DNA of 64,000 nucleotides from a virus, in the IMG/VR virus record IMGVR_UViG_3300026263_000200. The stretch is one strand, 5' to 3'. The translations under genes were made by a program, and so were the position numbers. Under the pieces are notes generated by a model. The model had not been told where the DNA came from and searched no databases. It was given only the letters and a program-made list of their open reading frames with translations. How positions within the stretch are numbered: position 1 is the first letter of the stretch; each line of letters opens with the position of its first letter. Shown piece after piece: positions 20,801 to 29,640 of this stretch.

Positions 20801-22520
20801 CCCTAGTGGTAATATTAAAAACAAATCACCTTATATGCAAAACTGTACATCTGTTAATCCAGGTGCTTGCGGAATTCAAGTTGACGGTAATCTTCACAAA
20901 AATACTCACACCGAATCATTTAAATCAATGTTAGGTAATGACTTTACACAAATCAATGATGATGGTATTGGTATTCACATCCTAGGAAAAGGAAGAGTTG
21001 AAGCAGTATCAGTATTCATATACTATTGTGAAAAAGCTGTTTATGCTGAATCAGGTGGATTTATAAGAGCTCTAAACTGTTCTCACTCTTACGGTGAACA
21101 AGCAGTTGTTGCTTCTGGTACAGACGAAGATGAAACACCAGTCAATGTTCAAACTAGAGGTTTGATGTTAGAGTTTGACCATACAACTTTTGGTTCTGGT
21201 TTTACTGTTAATGATGTAGAAGATTCAATTGCAGTTCAAGGTCAAGGTACTGCTACAATATTAGGTAATACTTCAGCAGCGACTGCTACACTTTTTAGAT
21301 ACAACGTATCACTAAATTACTTACACATAGAAAGTATTACAGGTAATTTCGTACAAGGTGAACAAATTACAATTACAAAAGAAGATACAACATCATTTAC
21401 AGTAAATTTATCTGCTACATTTGGAGATTCTTCAGCTGCTCAAGCAGGTCAAAGAGGACCTATACTAGCAGTTAAATCAGGTACAACAGCATTAACATCT
21501 TCAAGTATAATTAAATTAGCTGCTAATATTAAATTCTCTGGTCTTTCAAAATACTATAGAGTTGGATTAGTTTCAGAAGAAGATTTAACTAACGGAACTG
21601 CTGTAATCAGATTAACAGAAGATATTGGTTTGAGTAAAGCACAACTTGCTAATGTATCAACTAATATATCAGAAAAATTTTCAAACATAAGATTAACAGG
21701 TCACGACTTCTTAAATATTGGTACAGGAAATTCAACTAAAACAAATTATCCAGGAACGCCTACACAAGCAGCTGACCAAGCTGATGAAGTTACAGAAGAA
21801 AACGGCGGAAGAGTTTATTGGGTATCAACTGACCAAACTGGTGACTTTAGAGTTGGTGATTTATTCAAAATTGAACAAGCTACTGGTACTGCTACTCTTA
21901 ACGCAGACGCCTTTAACCTTTCAGGATTAAGTGAATTAAAACTTGGTTCTATCGGTGCAGAATTAGGTGCTGCTGTAAATGAATTTAGTACAGACCAAAC
22001 ATTAGGTGGAAATTCTAATACTGCTGTACCAACAGAAAGTGCTATATTAGGATATATGACAAGAGATAAAGCTGGAACAGGAATGTGGGTTCCTCCAACA
22101 GGAACATCAGCACAAAGACCTGGTACACCTTATTCAGGTGCAATAAGATACAATACAACTTTAGTTGCTTGGGAAGGTTATAACGGATCATCTTGGACAG
22201 GTCTTGGTGGCGGAACACCTTGGAATACAATTATAGGTGACGGTTCAACAACAACAACTGCTTCAAGTGGCGGAAGATATTTAGTAAATACAAGTGTATT
22301 TGCTACTACAGTTAATTTACCTGCTTCTCCATTAACTGGAGATACAGTTACGTTTTTAGATTTAAATGGAACGTTCCAATCAAATCCTTTAACAGTTGGT
22401 AGAAACGGTAATGAAATTATGAATTTAACAGAAGATATGACTGCCGAAGTTAATCACGCAGGATTCACTTTAATATGGACTGGCGGAACAAACGGTTGGA
22501 AATTAGTTGAGGTAGCGTAA
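17868..22520 (+). CDS. Large modular tail fibre/baseplate-associated protein (1550 aa)
   Basis: About 7 N-terminal G.Y...T.Y...D.V.YGG..Y.C repeats, three HTY..GG...H.L...YP repeats, a beta-helix-like core, and a C-terminal TVNLPASP..GD.V...NPLTV.RNG domain. Confidence 0.8.
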   Translation: MADFKLGRIKFKWRGDWTSSSSYLIDDIAKYGGNTYVCIKNHTSPANENLFYTSPGTYTEYWQVHGESVYFKGAYANTTWYKLNDLVSYGGKQYRCTTAHTSASLVLDSAKFEQFVDSINFTGDYASSTQYKLNDIVKYGGRQYRCTTEYTSAAGGDPNIDLTKFTLFSEGLAFKGDFTVSTFYKLDDVVKFGSYQYRCTTAHTSGANLSDFAQANFVVYSEGLQFEDSYNATTLYSKGDVVTYGGYSYAYINAQESTGQTPADNSYWDVITTGFNATGLYVHGTLYKTGDTVQYGGNSYVCILDAQNQRPSQASGAVNSTYWKGVVEGFKWQGNYSAVTTYTIGDTVRFASNSYVNLKDQVLNIEPGSDANTWQAIAQGDTAAVMTSIGDMIVQDGGGVARLPLGLPGGVLTNDGDDILWSGSSGKNVLWVSPSGTDGGPGTEALPYKTLAYACKHAKSNSIREYENVTGGTGGTSNLYDEVQGIASKELTVSAVPSTTTFEVSMGTSIYAHTYVSGGTVRKADDNTLAVSNGVYNHSTGIITITTPTHGLSVGNKVRVWGLNYTCAKGAKTYPETGSPSLYRVDTSGGGLKIEIVNGGANHNVGDKIRIDGTDIGGAVALNFDVKSVAGDIIRIKNGTFKEQLPMTVAENVSVVGESLRNTIVMPASGTGSQIKTVELTKNVVSATNGQYKYLHPKKVEKPYTVVTAANATTFTIDVGTDARPHTYVDGGVVTKSDYAELTISNAVYNNSTGIITITTSSAHSLSASDVVKISGIKYHCKDGEKVYPKVGHGSVWSVVVKGGVAEEIITYHGGADFHVGDVITLAAADVGNGGDLTITVKSLEDNNASNMFLLNDKNNMRNMTFVGLSGQKRSGGLYKVTQVGSTTQFVVSLGTSQHAHTYISGGGVIKVGAEGTRFTLANASYAHSNGDLTLSTNEVHGLTVGDYVTVGKMKFTCELGEKIYPSGPMQQAIMSLDPSGNIKNKSPYMQNCTSVNPGACGIQVDGNLHKNTHTESFKSMLGNDFTQINDDGIGIHILGKGRVEAVSVFIYYCEKAVYAESGGFIRALNCSHSYGEQAVVASGTDEDETPVNVQTRGLMLEFDHTTFGSGFTVNDVEDSIAVQGQGTATILGNTSAATATLFRYNVSLNYLHIESITGNFVQGEQITITKEDTTSFTVNLSATFGDSSAAQAGQRGPILAVKSGTTALTSSSIIKLAANIKFSGLSKYYRVGLVSEEDLTNGTAVIRLTEDIGLSKAQLANVSTNISEKFSNIRLTGHDFLNIGTGNSTKTNYPGTPTQAADQADEVTEENGGRVYWVSTDQTGDFRVGDLFKIEQATGTATLNADAFNLSGLSELKLGSIGAELGAAVNEFSTDQTLGGNSNTAVPTESAILGYMTRDKAGTGMWVPPTGTSAQRPGTPYSGAIRYNTTLVAWEGYNGSSWTGLGGGTPWNTIIGDGSTTTTASSGGRYLVNTSVFATTVNLPASPLTGDTVTFLDLNGTFQSNPLTVGRNGNEIMNLTEDMTAEVNHAGFTLIWTGGTNGWKLVEVA

Positions 22521-22540
22521 TAAATAAATATAGGTAACTT

Positions 22541-23974
22541 ATGTCAAAACTTTCACAATTTAGTATAACATCAAAACAAAAAGATGAATTCTATGGATTT
22601 CATAGAACTAATCCTGGGCAAACTATTAATAGAGATATTAAAGTAATTGCTGGTAACTATTCTGTATATGAATATAATTTAGGTACAGCATTTGATACTT
22701 CTACAGCAACTTATTCAAAAAGTAAATCTATTCAAACAGAAGATACAAATCCAAGAGAAATAAGATTTGGTAATAGTGGAGCTAAAATGTATACTGTTGG
22801 ACATACTGATAAACATATTGATGAATATGATTTAACAACAGCGTATGATGTTTCTACAGCAACTTGGAGAACACACTTCAATGTTGGTAATCAAGATTCA
22901 AGTCCACAAGGATTAAATTTTAATGATGATGGAACTAAAATGTATGTTGTAGGTACAGCAGGAAGACCTGATTTAGGAATTGCTGCTGATAATGTTTATG
23001 AATATGCATTAGGAACTGCTTGGCAAATTGAAACAGCAACTTATACAGATTTATTTTCACTTGCTAATGAAGATACAAGTCCACGTTCAATGAGATTTAA
23101 TGCAGACGGAACATTAATGTTTATTATGGGTGATGACGGAGATGATGTTGGAGAATATTCATTAGGTACAGCATATGATGTTTCTACAGCAACTTTTGTG
23201 GATGCATTTTCTTTTAATGCTGAAGATACTTCACCAATAGGATTTGGTTTCAATACTCTTGGAACTAAAATTTATATTCTTGGTAGTGTTGGTTCAGATG
23301 TTATGGAATATCCATTAGTAACAGGTTTTGATATTTCAACTACACAAGCAATTACTGATACATTAACTTTTGCTGCTGCTACTACACCAAGCGCACCATC
23401 AAGAAATGTAAGAGGAATGGAATTCAATATTACTGGATCTAAAATGTATATTATTATGGATGCTGGTAAGTATATTGTAGATGGTGGAGATGATGAATTA
23501 CCTATCACTCACGAAACAAGATTTAGAAATACTATGAAATTTTATGAAGGTAATACTTACAAATTTGATGTTTCAGATTCAAGTAATACTGGACACGAAT
23601 TTAAATTTTCAACTACTTCTGATGGAACGTGGGGTGGTGGAACTGAATACGTAACAAATGTAACTCCTATTGGAACTGCTGGAAGCGCAGGTGCATATGT
23701 ACAAATAGTTGTTCCAAGAAAAACACCTGATCCAAATCCTGGTAGTGCTGTTGATAAATTATACTATTATAATGGAAAACATCAATTAACAGGTGGAGAT
23801 ATATACACTCCTGAATGGAAAGGAAATTTACAAATTACATACACTAATGCTGTAGATAACATAGATACTAGATATGCAACTAAACATCAAGAAGATATTT
23901 TTGAGGATAGTATAATGTGGAAGTCTGGATTAGAGTGGACTATAGTCAACGGTAACTTAACGGTAGGTCTATAG
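22541..23974 (+). CDS. Virion protein with beta-propeller repeats and a cupredoxin-like domain
   Basis: About five Y.L.TA.D.STAT...F..DGT.MY repeats; C-terminal YKFDVSDSSNTGH...LYYY..H. Confidence 0.65.
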   Translation: MSKLSQFSITSKQKDEFYGFHRTNPGQTINRDIKVIAGNYSVYEYNLGTAFDTSTATYSKSKSIQTEDTNPREIRFGNSGAKMYTVGHTDKHIDEYDLTTAYDVSTATWRTHFNVGNQDSSPQGLNFNDDGTKMYVVGTAGRPDLGIAADNVYEYALGTAWQIETATYTDLFSLANEDTSPRSMRFNADGTLMFIMGDDGDDVGEYSLGTAYDVSTATFVDAFSFNAEDTSPIGFGFNTLGTKIYILGSVGSDVMEYPLVTGFDISTTQAITDTLTFAAATTPSAPSRNVRGMEFNITGSKMYIIMDAGKYIVDGGDDELPITHETRFRNTMKFYEGNTYKFDVSDSSNTGHEFKFSTTSDGTWGGGTEYVTNVTPIGTAGSAGAYVQIVVPRKTPDPNPGSAVDKLYYYNGKHQLTGGDIYTPEWKGNLQITYTNAVDNIDTRYATKHQEDIFEDSIMWKSGLEWTIVNGNLTVGL

Positions 23975-24017
23975 AAATAAATATTTTAACATTTTATAAA
24001 AGTGAGAAAAGAACTAT

Positions 24018-24031
24018 TATAAATATAAATA
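24018..24031 (+). promoter_or_regulatory. Two overlapping late promoters TATAAATA
   Basis: tataaatataaata upstream of the ATG at 24047. Confidence 0.75.
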
Positions 24032-24046
24032 AGGAACAAGAGAATT

Positions 24047-24673
24047 ATGGCAACAATAAATTTAGGCAGAATTAAACCAGTATTCCAAGGTGCTTACAAT
24101 GGCGCAACCGCTTATGTAGTGGATGACATTGTAACTTTTGGTGGAGAGAGTTTTATATGTATTTTGGCGTCAACTGGTAACGCTACTTCAAATGCAACTT
24201 ATTGGTCCAAAATCGCTAAAAAAGGTGATGATGTAACCCAATTAACAACACACGGAGATATCCTTTTTAGAGATGCTTCTGGTGTTCAAAGATTACCTGC
24301 TGGTACAAGCGGAAACGTTTTACAAACAAAAGGTAATGCTACTGACCCAACTTGGGCAAATGCAACTGGAATTAACTGGGAAACTAAAACTGCTAACTTT
24401 ACTGCTGTTTCTGGAGGTGCATATATTTGCAATACAGACGGCGGTGCTTTCACAATGACTTTACCTGCAACTCCATCAGATAACGATTACGTTATGGTAT
24501 CGGACGCAATGGGTAAATTTGGATCTAAAAATCTTACTGTTGATAGAAACGGTAATAATATAGCGGGTAGTGCTACTAATTTAACAGTAGATTCTAACTA
24601 CGCAAATTTCAGACTAACATTTAAAACAACTCCAGACGTGACTTCTTCATTTATTGGATGGTTGTTAACATAA
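24047..24673 (+). CDS. Short fibre/adaptor protein, paralogous to both ends of the 1550-aa fibre
   Basis: LGRIK start, one carbohydrate-binding-like repeat, GD......RLP.G..G.VL, TMTLPATP..ND...NLTVDRNG. Confidence 0.7.
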   Translation: MATINLGRIKPVFQGAYNGATAYVVDDIVTFGGESFICILASTGNATSNATYWSKIAKKGDDVTQLTTHGDILFRDASGVQRLPAGTSGNVLQTKGNATDPTWANATGINWETKTANFTAVSGGAYICNTDGGAFTMTLPATPSDNDYVMVSDAMGKFGSKNLTVDRNGNNIAGSATNLTVDSNYANFRLTFKTTPDVTSSFIGWLLT

Positions 24674-24697
24674 TTTTAAAATGAAAGATATAAACAA

Positions 24698-24705
24698 TAT
24701 AAATA
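24698..24705 (+). promoter_or_regulatory. T4-type late promoter TATAAATA
   Basis: Exact consensus upstream of the ATG at 24737. Confidence 0.75.
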
Positions 24706-24736
24706 GTTTAATAAAAGATTTAGGGAGAAGCAATTA

Positions 24737-26230
24737 ATGAGTAATTATTCAACACTTTTAGGCGGCGGTTCAGCTGGGGCAATTGACCACAGAAAAGAAG
24801 CTATGCCATTATTTGGATTTTGGGGAGATAACTCCGACCAAAATCACCATATGACTTATAGAGTTTTTGATTCTGGTTTCAAAGAAACTGGATCACCTTG
24901 GGGTGCAATATCTAACTCTACTACTAACTACAGATTTGGTATTACTGGTGACGCTTCGTTTTCATATTCACACAATGACCACGGAACTCACGTTTCTCAC
25001 CACGACTTAACAACACAAAGTTATTCATCTTGGACATATTGGAACAAAAGTATGTACCAATGTGACCAATACCCACACGCACAATGGTACACATCTTCAA
25101 GAGATGGAATGGTATCTTGGCATTCATTACACGAATATACTTCAAGTTTTGAATATCAAAACGGATGGTGTAAATTAAATATGGTTTTACCTGAAGGTAT
25201 TAGACCAAGACGTATGTTCTTAAACAGAAGATTTACAATGAGAGAAATGTATCCTGGTAATCACGCTTGTCCTAATATAGATTACTATAACTATTCTTCT
25301 CATATGTTGAATACAGACCAATCATATGCGACTGGTACTGGATACAATGAGAAAACAAAAACTTTAGTTATGATTCACTCTGGTGACGAAGGTGGAAATA
25401 CTTCAAAAACTATTCACATTTTCAAAGGTACGAAATGTTTAAATAAAATAGACAGACTTAAAGAATTCTTTGATAATTTATCTTCAACTGAATACTTTAC
25501 TGACACTTGGACTACACACAATAATAAAGATTGGTGCGTAGTTGTTGGTAATAACGATTTCGTTGGATTCGGTCAAAAGAATTCAAACAGTAAGAGATAC
25601 GGTGTATTTGATTGTGGAGTAAAAGGAACAGGTGTCGCTATAACTGGTGCAAGTAGACAATGGGATTCTTGGCAAACATTCCAAGGATCAACAACAACGT
25701 CTTACGGCGCTTGGGAAGGTCACCAATATTACACAAAATTTAATACTACTTGGGACGGAACTTGGGGAATGATTTATTCACCATATTACTACTACGGAGT
25801 TGGTATCAATGCCTTCTGTATGAGTTTAGAAAATCCTAAAAAATACATAAGTGTTAACCAAACTAAATCAAGTAGAGGAAATCCTTGGTTTGCTTGGGGT
25901 CGTACAGGTTTCCACGGAGGTTGGTCAGACAACACCGACGGTACTTCTCATAGAACGTATGCGTGGTCTTTTGATCCAACGGATTCAGATGAAACTACGA
26001 CAACTAGAGTTTATGACGGTAGCTCTTCAGGTGATGGAGTTATACCTAACAACAATGACCTTGTTGGTGCAGACATAACTAATAAATCTGGTAACCACGG
26101 ATTAACGGCTGCTAGAACTTGGCTACACGGAGGTTTCTATTCAACTGCTTATCCATTGTTAATGCAAATTGACTGGTGGGGTAGTTATGGAAACAACGAT
26201 TCTACTTACGGTGGTAAGTACGGTTCATAA
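24737..26230 (+). CDS. Aromatic-rich late protein, candidate receptor-binding/adhesin tip
   Basis: Late promoter, GGAG RBS, W/Y/H/N/S/G-rich, at the end of the fibre cluster. Confidence 0.5.
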   Translation: MSNYSTLLGGGSAGAIDHRKEAMPLFGFWGDNSDQNHHMTYRVFDSGFKETGSPWGAISNSTTNYRFGITGDASFSYSHNDHGTHVSHHDLTTQSYSSWTYWNKSMYQCDQYPHAQWYTSSRDGMVSWHSLHEYTSSFEYQNGWCKLNMVLPEGIRPRRMFLNRRFTMREMYPGNHACPNIDYYNYSSHMLNTDQSYATGTGYNEKTKTLVMIHSGDEGGNTSKTIHIFKGTKCLNKIDRLKEFFDNLSSTEYFTDTWTTHNNKDWCVVVGNNDFVGFGQKNSNSKRYGVFDCGVKGTGVAITGASRQWDSWQTFQGSTTTSYGAWEGHQYYTKFNTTWDGTWGMIYSPYYYYGVGINAFCMSLENPKKYISVNQTKSSRGNPWFAWGRTGFHGGWSDNTDGTSHRTYAWSFDPTDSDETTTTRVYDGSSSGDGVIPNNNDLVGADITNKSGNHGLTAARTWLHGGFYSTAYPLLMQIDWWGSYGNNDSTYGGKYGS

Positions 26231-26261
26231 TAAAATATATAATTAAGGAGAATTAAAACAA

Positions 26262-26573
26262 ATGGCAACATATTACTTTTTAAACACAGGCGAACCTTTT
26301 ACAGATAAAGCAGGTGCTGGAGATGAAGCAGTTTCATCAGGAAGAGCTGTAAAAAGAACAGACGTACCTGATGGAGTGGAATCTTGGAGATTATCTTGGA
26401 ACGGTTCAGCAGTAGTAGTCTACGCTGAAGGAAAAGACGAAGCGGGTGCGATTGCACAAAAAGCAACAGAAGATGAAGATTTAGCGGTTGCTAATAAAGC
26501 TAAACAAGATGAAATGGTTAAAGCTGAAGTTGTTAAAACTAAAAAACTAAAAGAAGACGGTTTAGAAGTTTAA
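26262..26573 (+). CDS. Hypothetical protein, possible fibre assembly chaperone
   Basis: Strong AAGGAG RBS; directly follows the putative tip gene. Confidence 0.5.
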   Translation: MATYYFLNTGEPFTDKAGAGDEAVSSGRAVKRTDVPDGVESWRLSWNGSAVVVYAEGKDEAGAIAQKATEDEDLAVANKAKQDEMVKAEVVKTKKLKEDGLEV

Positions 26574-26622
26574 TTAATTTACTTGAAGATAGTAATATCT
26601 TCTTACATCTCCTGGTTTTATT

Positions 26623-27285
26623 ATGTACGATATCAAAGAGCTAACAGCAGAAATACATCAAAACGCAGAAAGACAAGAGTTTGTCAAGACTCTTATGTCT
26701 GGTTCTATTGACCCTAATCTTTACGCAACTTATCTTTACAATCAATTACAATGTTATTCTGTACTAGAAAAGTATGGTATGGAGAATTCTTTATTTAGAA
26801 CTACTCCAAACTTACCTAGAGGAGAACATATACATTATGATTATAAAGCATTATGGACAGGTGAAGGCAAACCAACTATAACTCAAAGTACAAAAGATTA
26901 TGTTGCTCATATTGAAACAATCAAAGAAGACGCAGAAAAATTATACGCTCATATCTATACTAGATATTTAGGAGATATATCTGGTGGTCAAATGATAATG
27001 AAAAAAACACCAGGACCTAATCGTTATTACAAATTTAAACATAAAGAAATAAAAGATTATAAACGAATAGTGAGAGAAATGATAAACAGTTATTTAAATG
27101 TTTATCAACTTAATATTTTAAATGAGTGCAAATTTTGTTTTGCAAGTGCTACAGCATTGTTTAAAGAAATGAACGATATGGATACTTCTAAACCTTTAAT
27201 TTTAAACAATGAAGTATTTGATGAAAAAAATAGAGATACAGAAAATGATCCTTTCAAAGGAACTAGTATTGAAGGAAGAGATTAA
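26623..27285 (+). CDS. hemO: Heme oxygenase
   Basis: IKELT...H..AE (proximal His), YATYL, AHIYTRYLGDISGGQ distal helix. Confidence 0.92.
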   Translation: MYDIKELTAEIHQNAERQEFVKTLMSGSIDPNLYATYLYNQLQCYSVLEKYGMENSLFRTTPNLPRGEHIHYDYKALWTGEGKPTITQSTKDYVAHIETIKEDAEKLYAHIYTRYLGDISGGQMIMKKTPGPNRYYKFKHKEIKDYKRIVREMINSYLNVYQLNILNECKFCFASATALFKEMNDMDTSKPLILNNEVFDEKNRDTENDPFKGTSIEGRD

Positions 27286-27962
27286 TGATTTGGGAAAGAT
27301 TAATAAAACTTGAAAAAGATATAATCGCTATACTTGATAGACGTTGTAAAGAATACAATGAAGACGGTATGGATAGATTTAATAATGATACTTGGGTTAA
27401 CCGTACTTGGTCTAATATGAGTGTAAGACGTGCTCACGTAGATGTAGTGGATGCCAGAGAAACAAAAGGTCTTTGGATGGCACACATATGTTTATTTCCA
27501 AATTTAACAAATGGTGGTCCAATTTATGGATTTGATGTTATCGCAGGCAAGAAAAAAGTAACAGGTTGCTTTCACGATTTTAGTCCTCTATTATTAAAAG
27601 AACATCCCTTAACAAAATATTTCATAGAAGAAACAAAGTGGTATAAACCATCTAAAGAAAGAGAATTGCCAGATTGGGCAAAGGAAATCTTTAGTTCAGG
27701 TATGATTGCCGCTGGTAATATAACAGAAGAAAGAGAATTAGAACAAATTTGTACTCTTGCTACTTCTAATTTAGAAAATTATCTTGACAAAATTGGTCAT
27801 TATAATAGTGATTCAAAGGAAGAAGATGTTATAAGAGCACAAAACTTCTATTGTGAACACCAACAACAAAATCCACACACCCCTAGAGTAATGCGATCCC
27901 TTGGATTGCCTGAAGATGATATAACTGTATTCTGTACTGATAATTTGTTTCCGAAGATATAA
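27285..27962 (+). CDS. pcyX: Ferredoxin-dependent bilin reductase, PcyA/PcyX type
   Basis: RRAHV, H.CLFP, PIYGFDVIAG, FHDFSP, RELPDWA..IFS, YCEHQQQNPHT; TAATG-coupled to hemO. Confidence 0.85.
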   Translation: MIWERLIKLEKDIIAILDRRCKEYNEDGMDRFNNDTWVNRTWSNMSVRRAHVDVVDARETKGLWMAHICLFPNLTNGGPIYGFDVIAGKKKVTGCFHDFSPLLLKEHPLTKYFIEETKWYKPSKERELPDWAKEIFSSGMIAAGNITEERELEQICTLATSNLENYLDKIGHYNSDSKEEDVIRAQNFYCEHQQQNPHTPRVMRSLGLPEDDITVFCTDNLFPKI

Positions 27963-27969
27963 TTGTTAT

Positions 27970-27977
27970 TATAAATA
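27970..27977 (+). promoter_or_regulatory. T4-type late promoter TATAAATA
   Basis: Exact consensus upstream of gp13. Confidence 0.8.
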
Positions 27978-27995
27978 TACAATAAAGGAACCAGT

Positions 27996-28817
27996 ATGGC
28001 AAAACCAGCAACCAGAGAACAGTTAAAACAGTACGCTTTAAGAACACTAGGCAAACCTGTCATTGAAATCAACGTAGATGACGACCAATTAGAAGATAGA
28101 ATAGACGAAGCATTACAATATTTCGCTCAATATCACTATGATGGTGTTAAGAGAACGTATCTAAAATACAAATATACTCAAGCAGATAAAGATAGAATTT
28201 TAGGAAATTCAACTGAAACCGCTAGTAAAACTTATGGTGATTCAACTACTGTAACATCTACTTGGTTGGAAGATAATGCTTATATTGTAGTTCCTGAAAC
28301 AGTTATATCAGTAGTTAATATTTTTCCATTTTCAAACAAAGGTAATTTAAATTTATTTGATGTTAGATATCAATTAAGATTAAATGACCTATATGACTTT
28401 TCTTCAACGTCTGTTATTAATTATGATGTTGTATTAAGACATTTAGATTTTTTAGACCATATATTAGTTGGTGAAAAACCAATGAGATTTAATCAACACG
28501 ACAATAGATTGTATATAGATATGGATTGGAAAAATGATTTACAAGTAGATGAATTTCTTGTAATAGAGTGTTTTAGAAAATTAGACCCAGCACAATTTAC
28601 AGATGTTTATGATGATTTATTTTTAAAGAGATATGTAACTGCTTTATTTAAAAAACAATGGGGTGCTAACTTATCTAAATTTGGCGGTGTTCAAATGGTT
28701 GGTGGGGTTACTTTAAACGGTCAAGAAATTTATTCACAAGCACTTTCAGATATAGAAAATTTAGAAAACAGAATTAGGTCACAATACGAATTGAACCCAA
28801 CCTTTATGATAGGATAA
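27996..28817 (+). CDS. gp13: Neck protein gp13
   Basis: L..YALR.LG.PVIEINVDDDQ, K.QWG.NL.KF; synteny. Confidence 0.92.
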   Translation: MAKPATREQLKQYALRTLGKPVIEINVDDDQLEDRIDEALQYFAQYHYDGVKRTYLKYKYTQADKDRILGNSTETASKTYGDSTTVTSTWLEDNAYIVVPETVISVVNIFPFSNKGNLNLFDVRYQLRLNDLYDFSSTSVINYDVVLRHLDFLDHILVGEKPMRFNQHDNRLYIDMDWKNDLQVDEFLVIECFRKLDPAQFTDVYDDLFLKRYVTALFKKQWGANLSKFGGVQMVGGVTLNGQEIYSQALSDIENLENRIRSQYELNPTFMIG

Positions 28818-28821
28818 TGCT

Positions 28822-29640
28822 ATGCCAGTTAATCATTACTTTCAAGGTGGACGAGGCATAGGCAATGCTGCCGAAAAAAGACTACACGAAGATATAATTG
28901 TTGAAGGTCTTAAAATTTACGGTCAGGATGTCTTTTACTTACCACGAACATTAGTCAATAAAGATATAATACTAGGAGAAGATGTAACTAGTAAGTTTGA
29001 CGATTCATTTTCAATAGAAATGTATTTTGAAAACAATACAGGTTTTGCAGGTGAACAAGAAATCATAAGTAAATTCGGATTAGAAATTAGAGATGACACA
29101 ACACTTGTTGTTGCAAAAAGAAGTTTTGATAATTTAGTTGCAAATAAAGCAAACTTAATTGCTGTAGGAAGACCAAATGAAGGAGATGTAATTTACGTTC
29201 CTTTAATGAGTTCTTTCTTTGAAATTTTATTTGTAGAAGACCAGGAACCTTTTTATCAATTAGGAAACTTACCAGTTTATAAATTAAAAGTAACTCGTTG
29301 GGAATATTCAAGTGAGAAACTTGATACAGGTCAAGAAGATATTGACCAACACGAAGATACACATACATTAGACCAATTAGCATATAGAGTTTCATTGGAA
29401 TATGGACAAGAAGTATTAACAGGTGCTGGTTCATTAACGTTAGAAGATTATTTTGACCACGGAACAGGTCAACCATCTTTCTTAATGAAAGAAGATTATT
29501 CAGAATCTAATATACAGACACAATCTCCTTATGCAGATAATTTAGACTTGAATACAGAAGCAGGATATGATACAGTATCAACAGCGGATGATATATTAGA
29601 CTTTACTGAAAGAAATCCGTTTGGGGAGATAGATGAGTAA
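28822..29640 (+). CDS. gp14: Neck protein gp14
   Basis: G.DV.YLPR, SKFGLEIRD, RPNEGD.IY.P, FYQLG, DFTERNPFG. Confidence 0.92.
   Translation: MPVNHYFQGGRGIGNAAEKRLHEDIIVEGLKIYGQDVFYLPRTLVNKDIILGEDVTSKFDDSFSIEMYFENNTGFAGEQEIISKFGLEIRDDTTLVVAKRSFDNLVANKANLIAVGRPNEGDVIYVPLMSSFFEILFVEDQEPFYQLGNLPVYKLKVTRWEYSSEKLDTGQEDIDQHEDTHTLDQLAYRVSLEYGQEVLTGAGSLTLEDYFDHGTGQPSFLMKEDYSESNIQTQSPYADNLDLNTEAGYDTVSTADDILDFTERNPFGEIDE

Noticed and set aside
17868-26230. CRISPR array or diversity-generating retroelement in the repeat-rich fibre genes
   Set aside because: Repeats are degenerate protein-level repeats. No identical spaced DNA repeats, reverse transcriptase or adenine-variable template pair seen.
26623-27962. 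Cyanophage assignment from bilin genes
   Set aside because: The reductase looks PcyX-like, no photosynthesis genes are in the window, and low GC, bS21 and RpoH/ROSE signals favour an alphaproteobacterial host. The host remains an inference.
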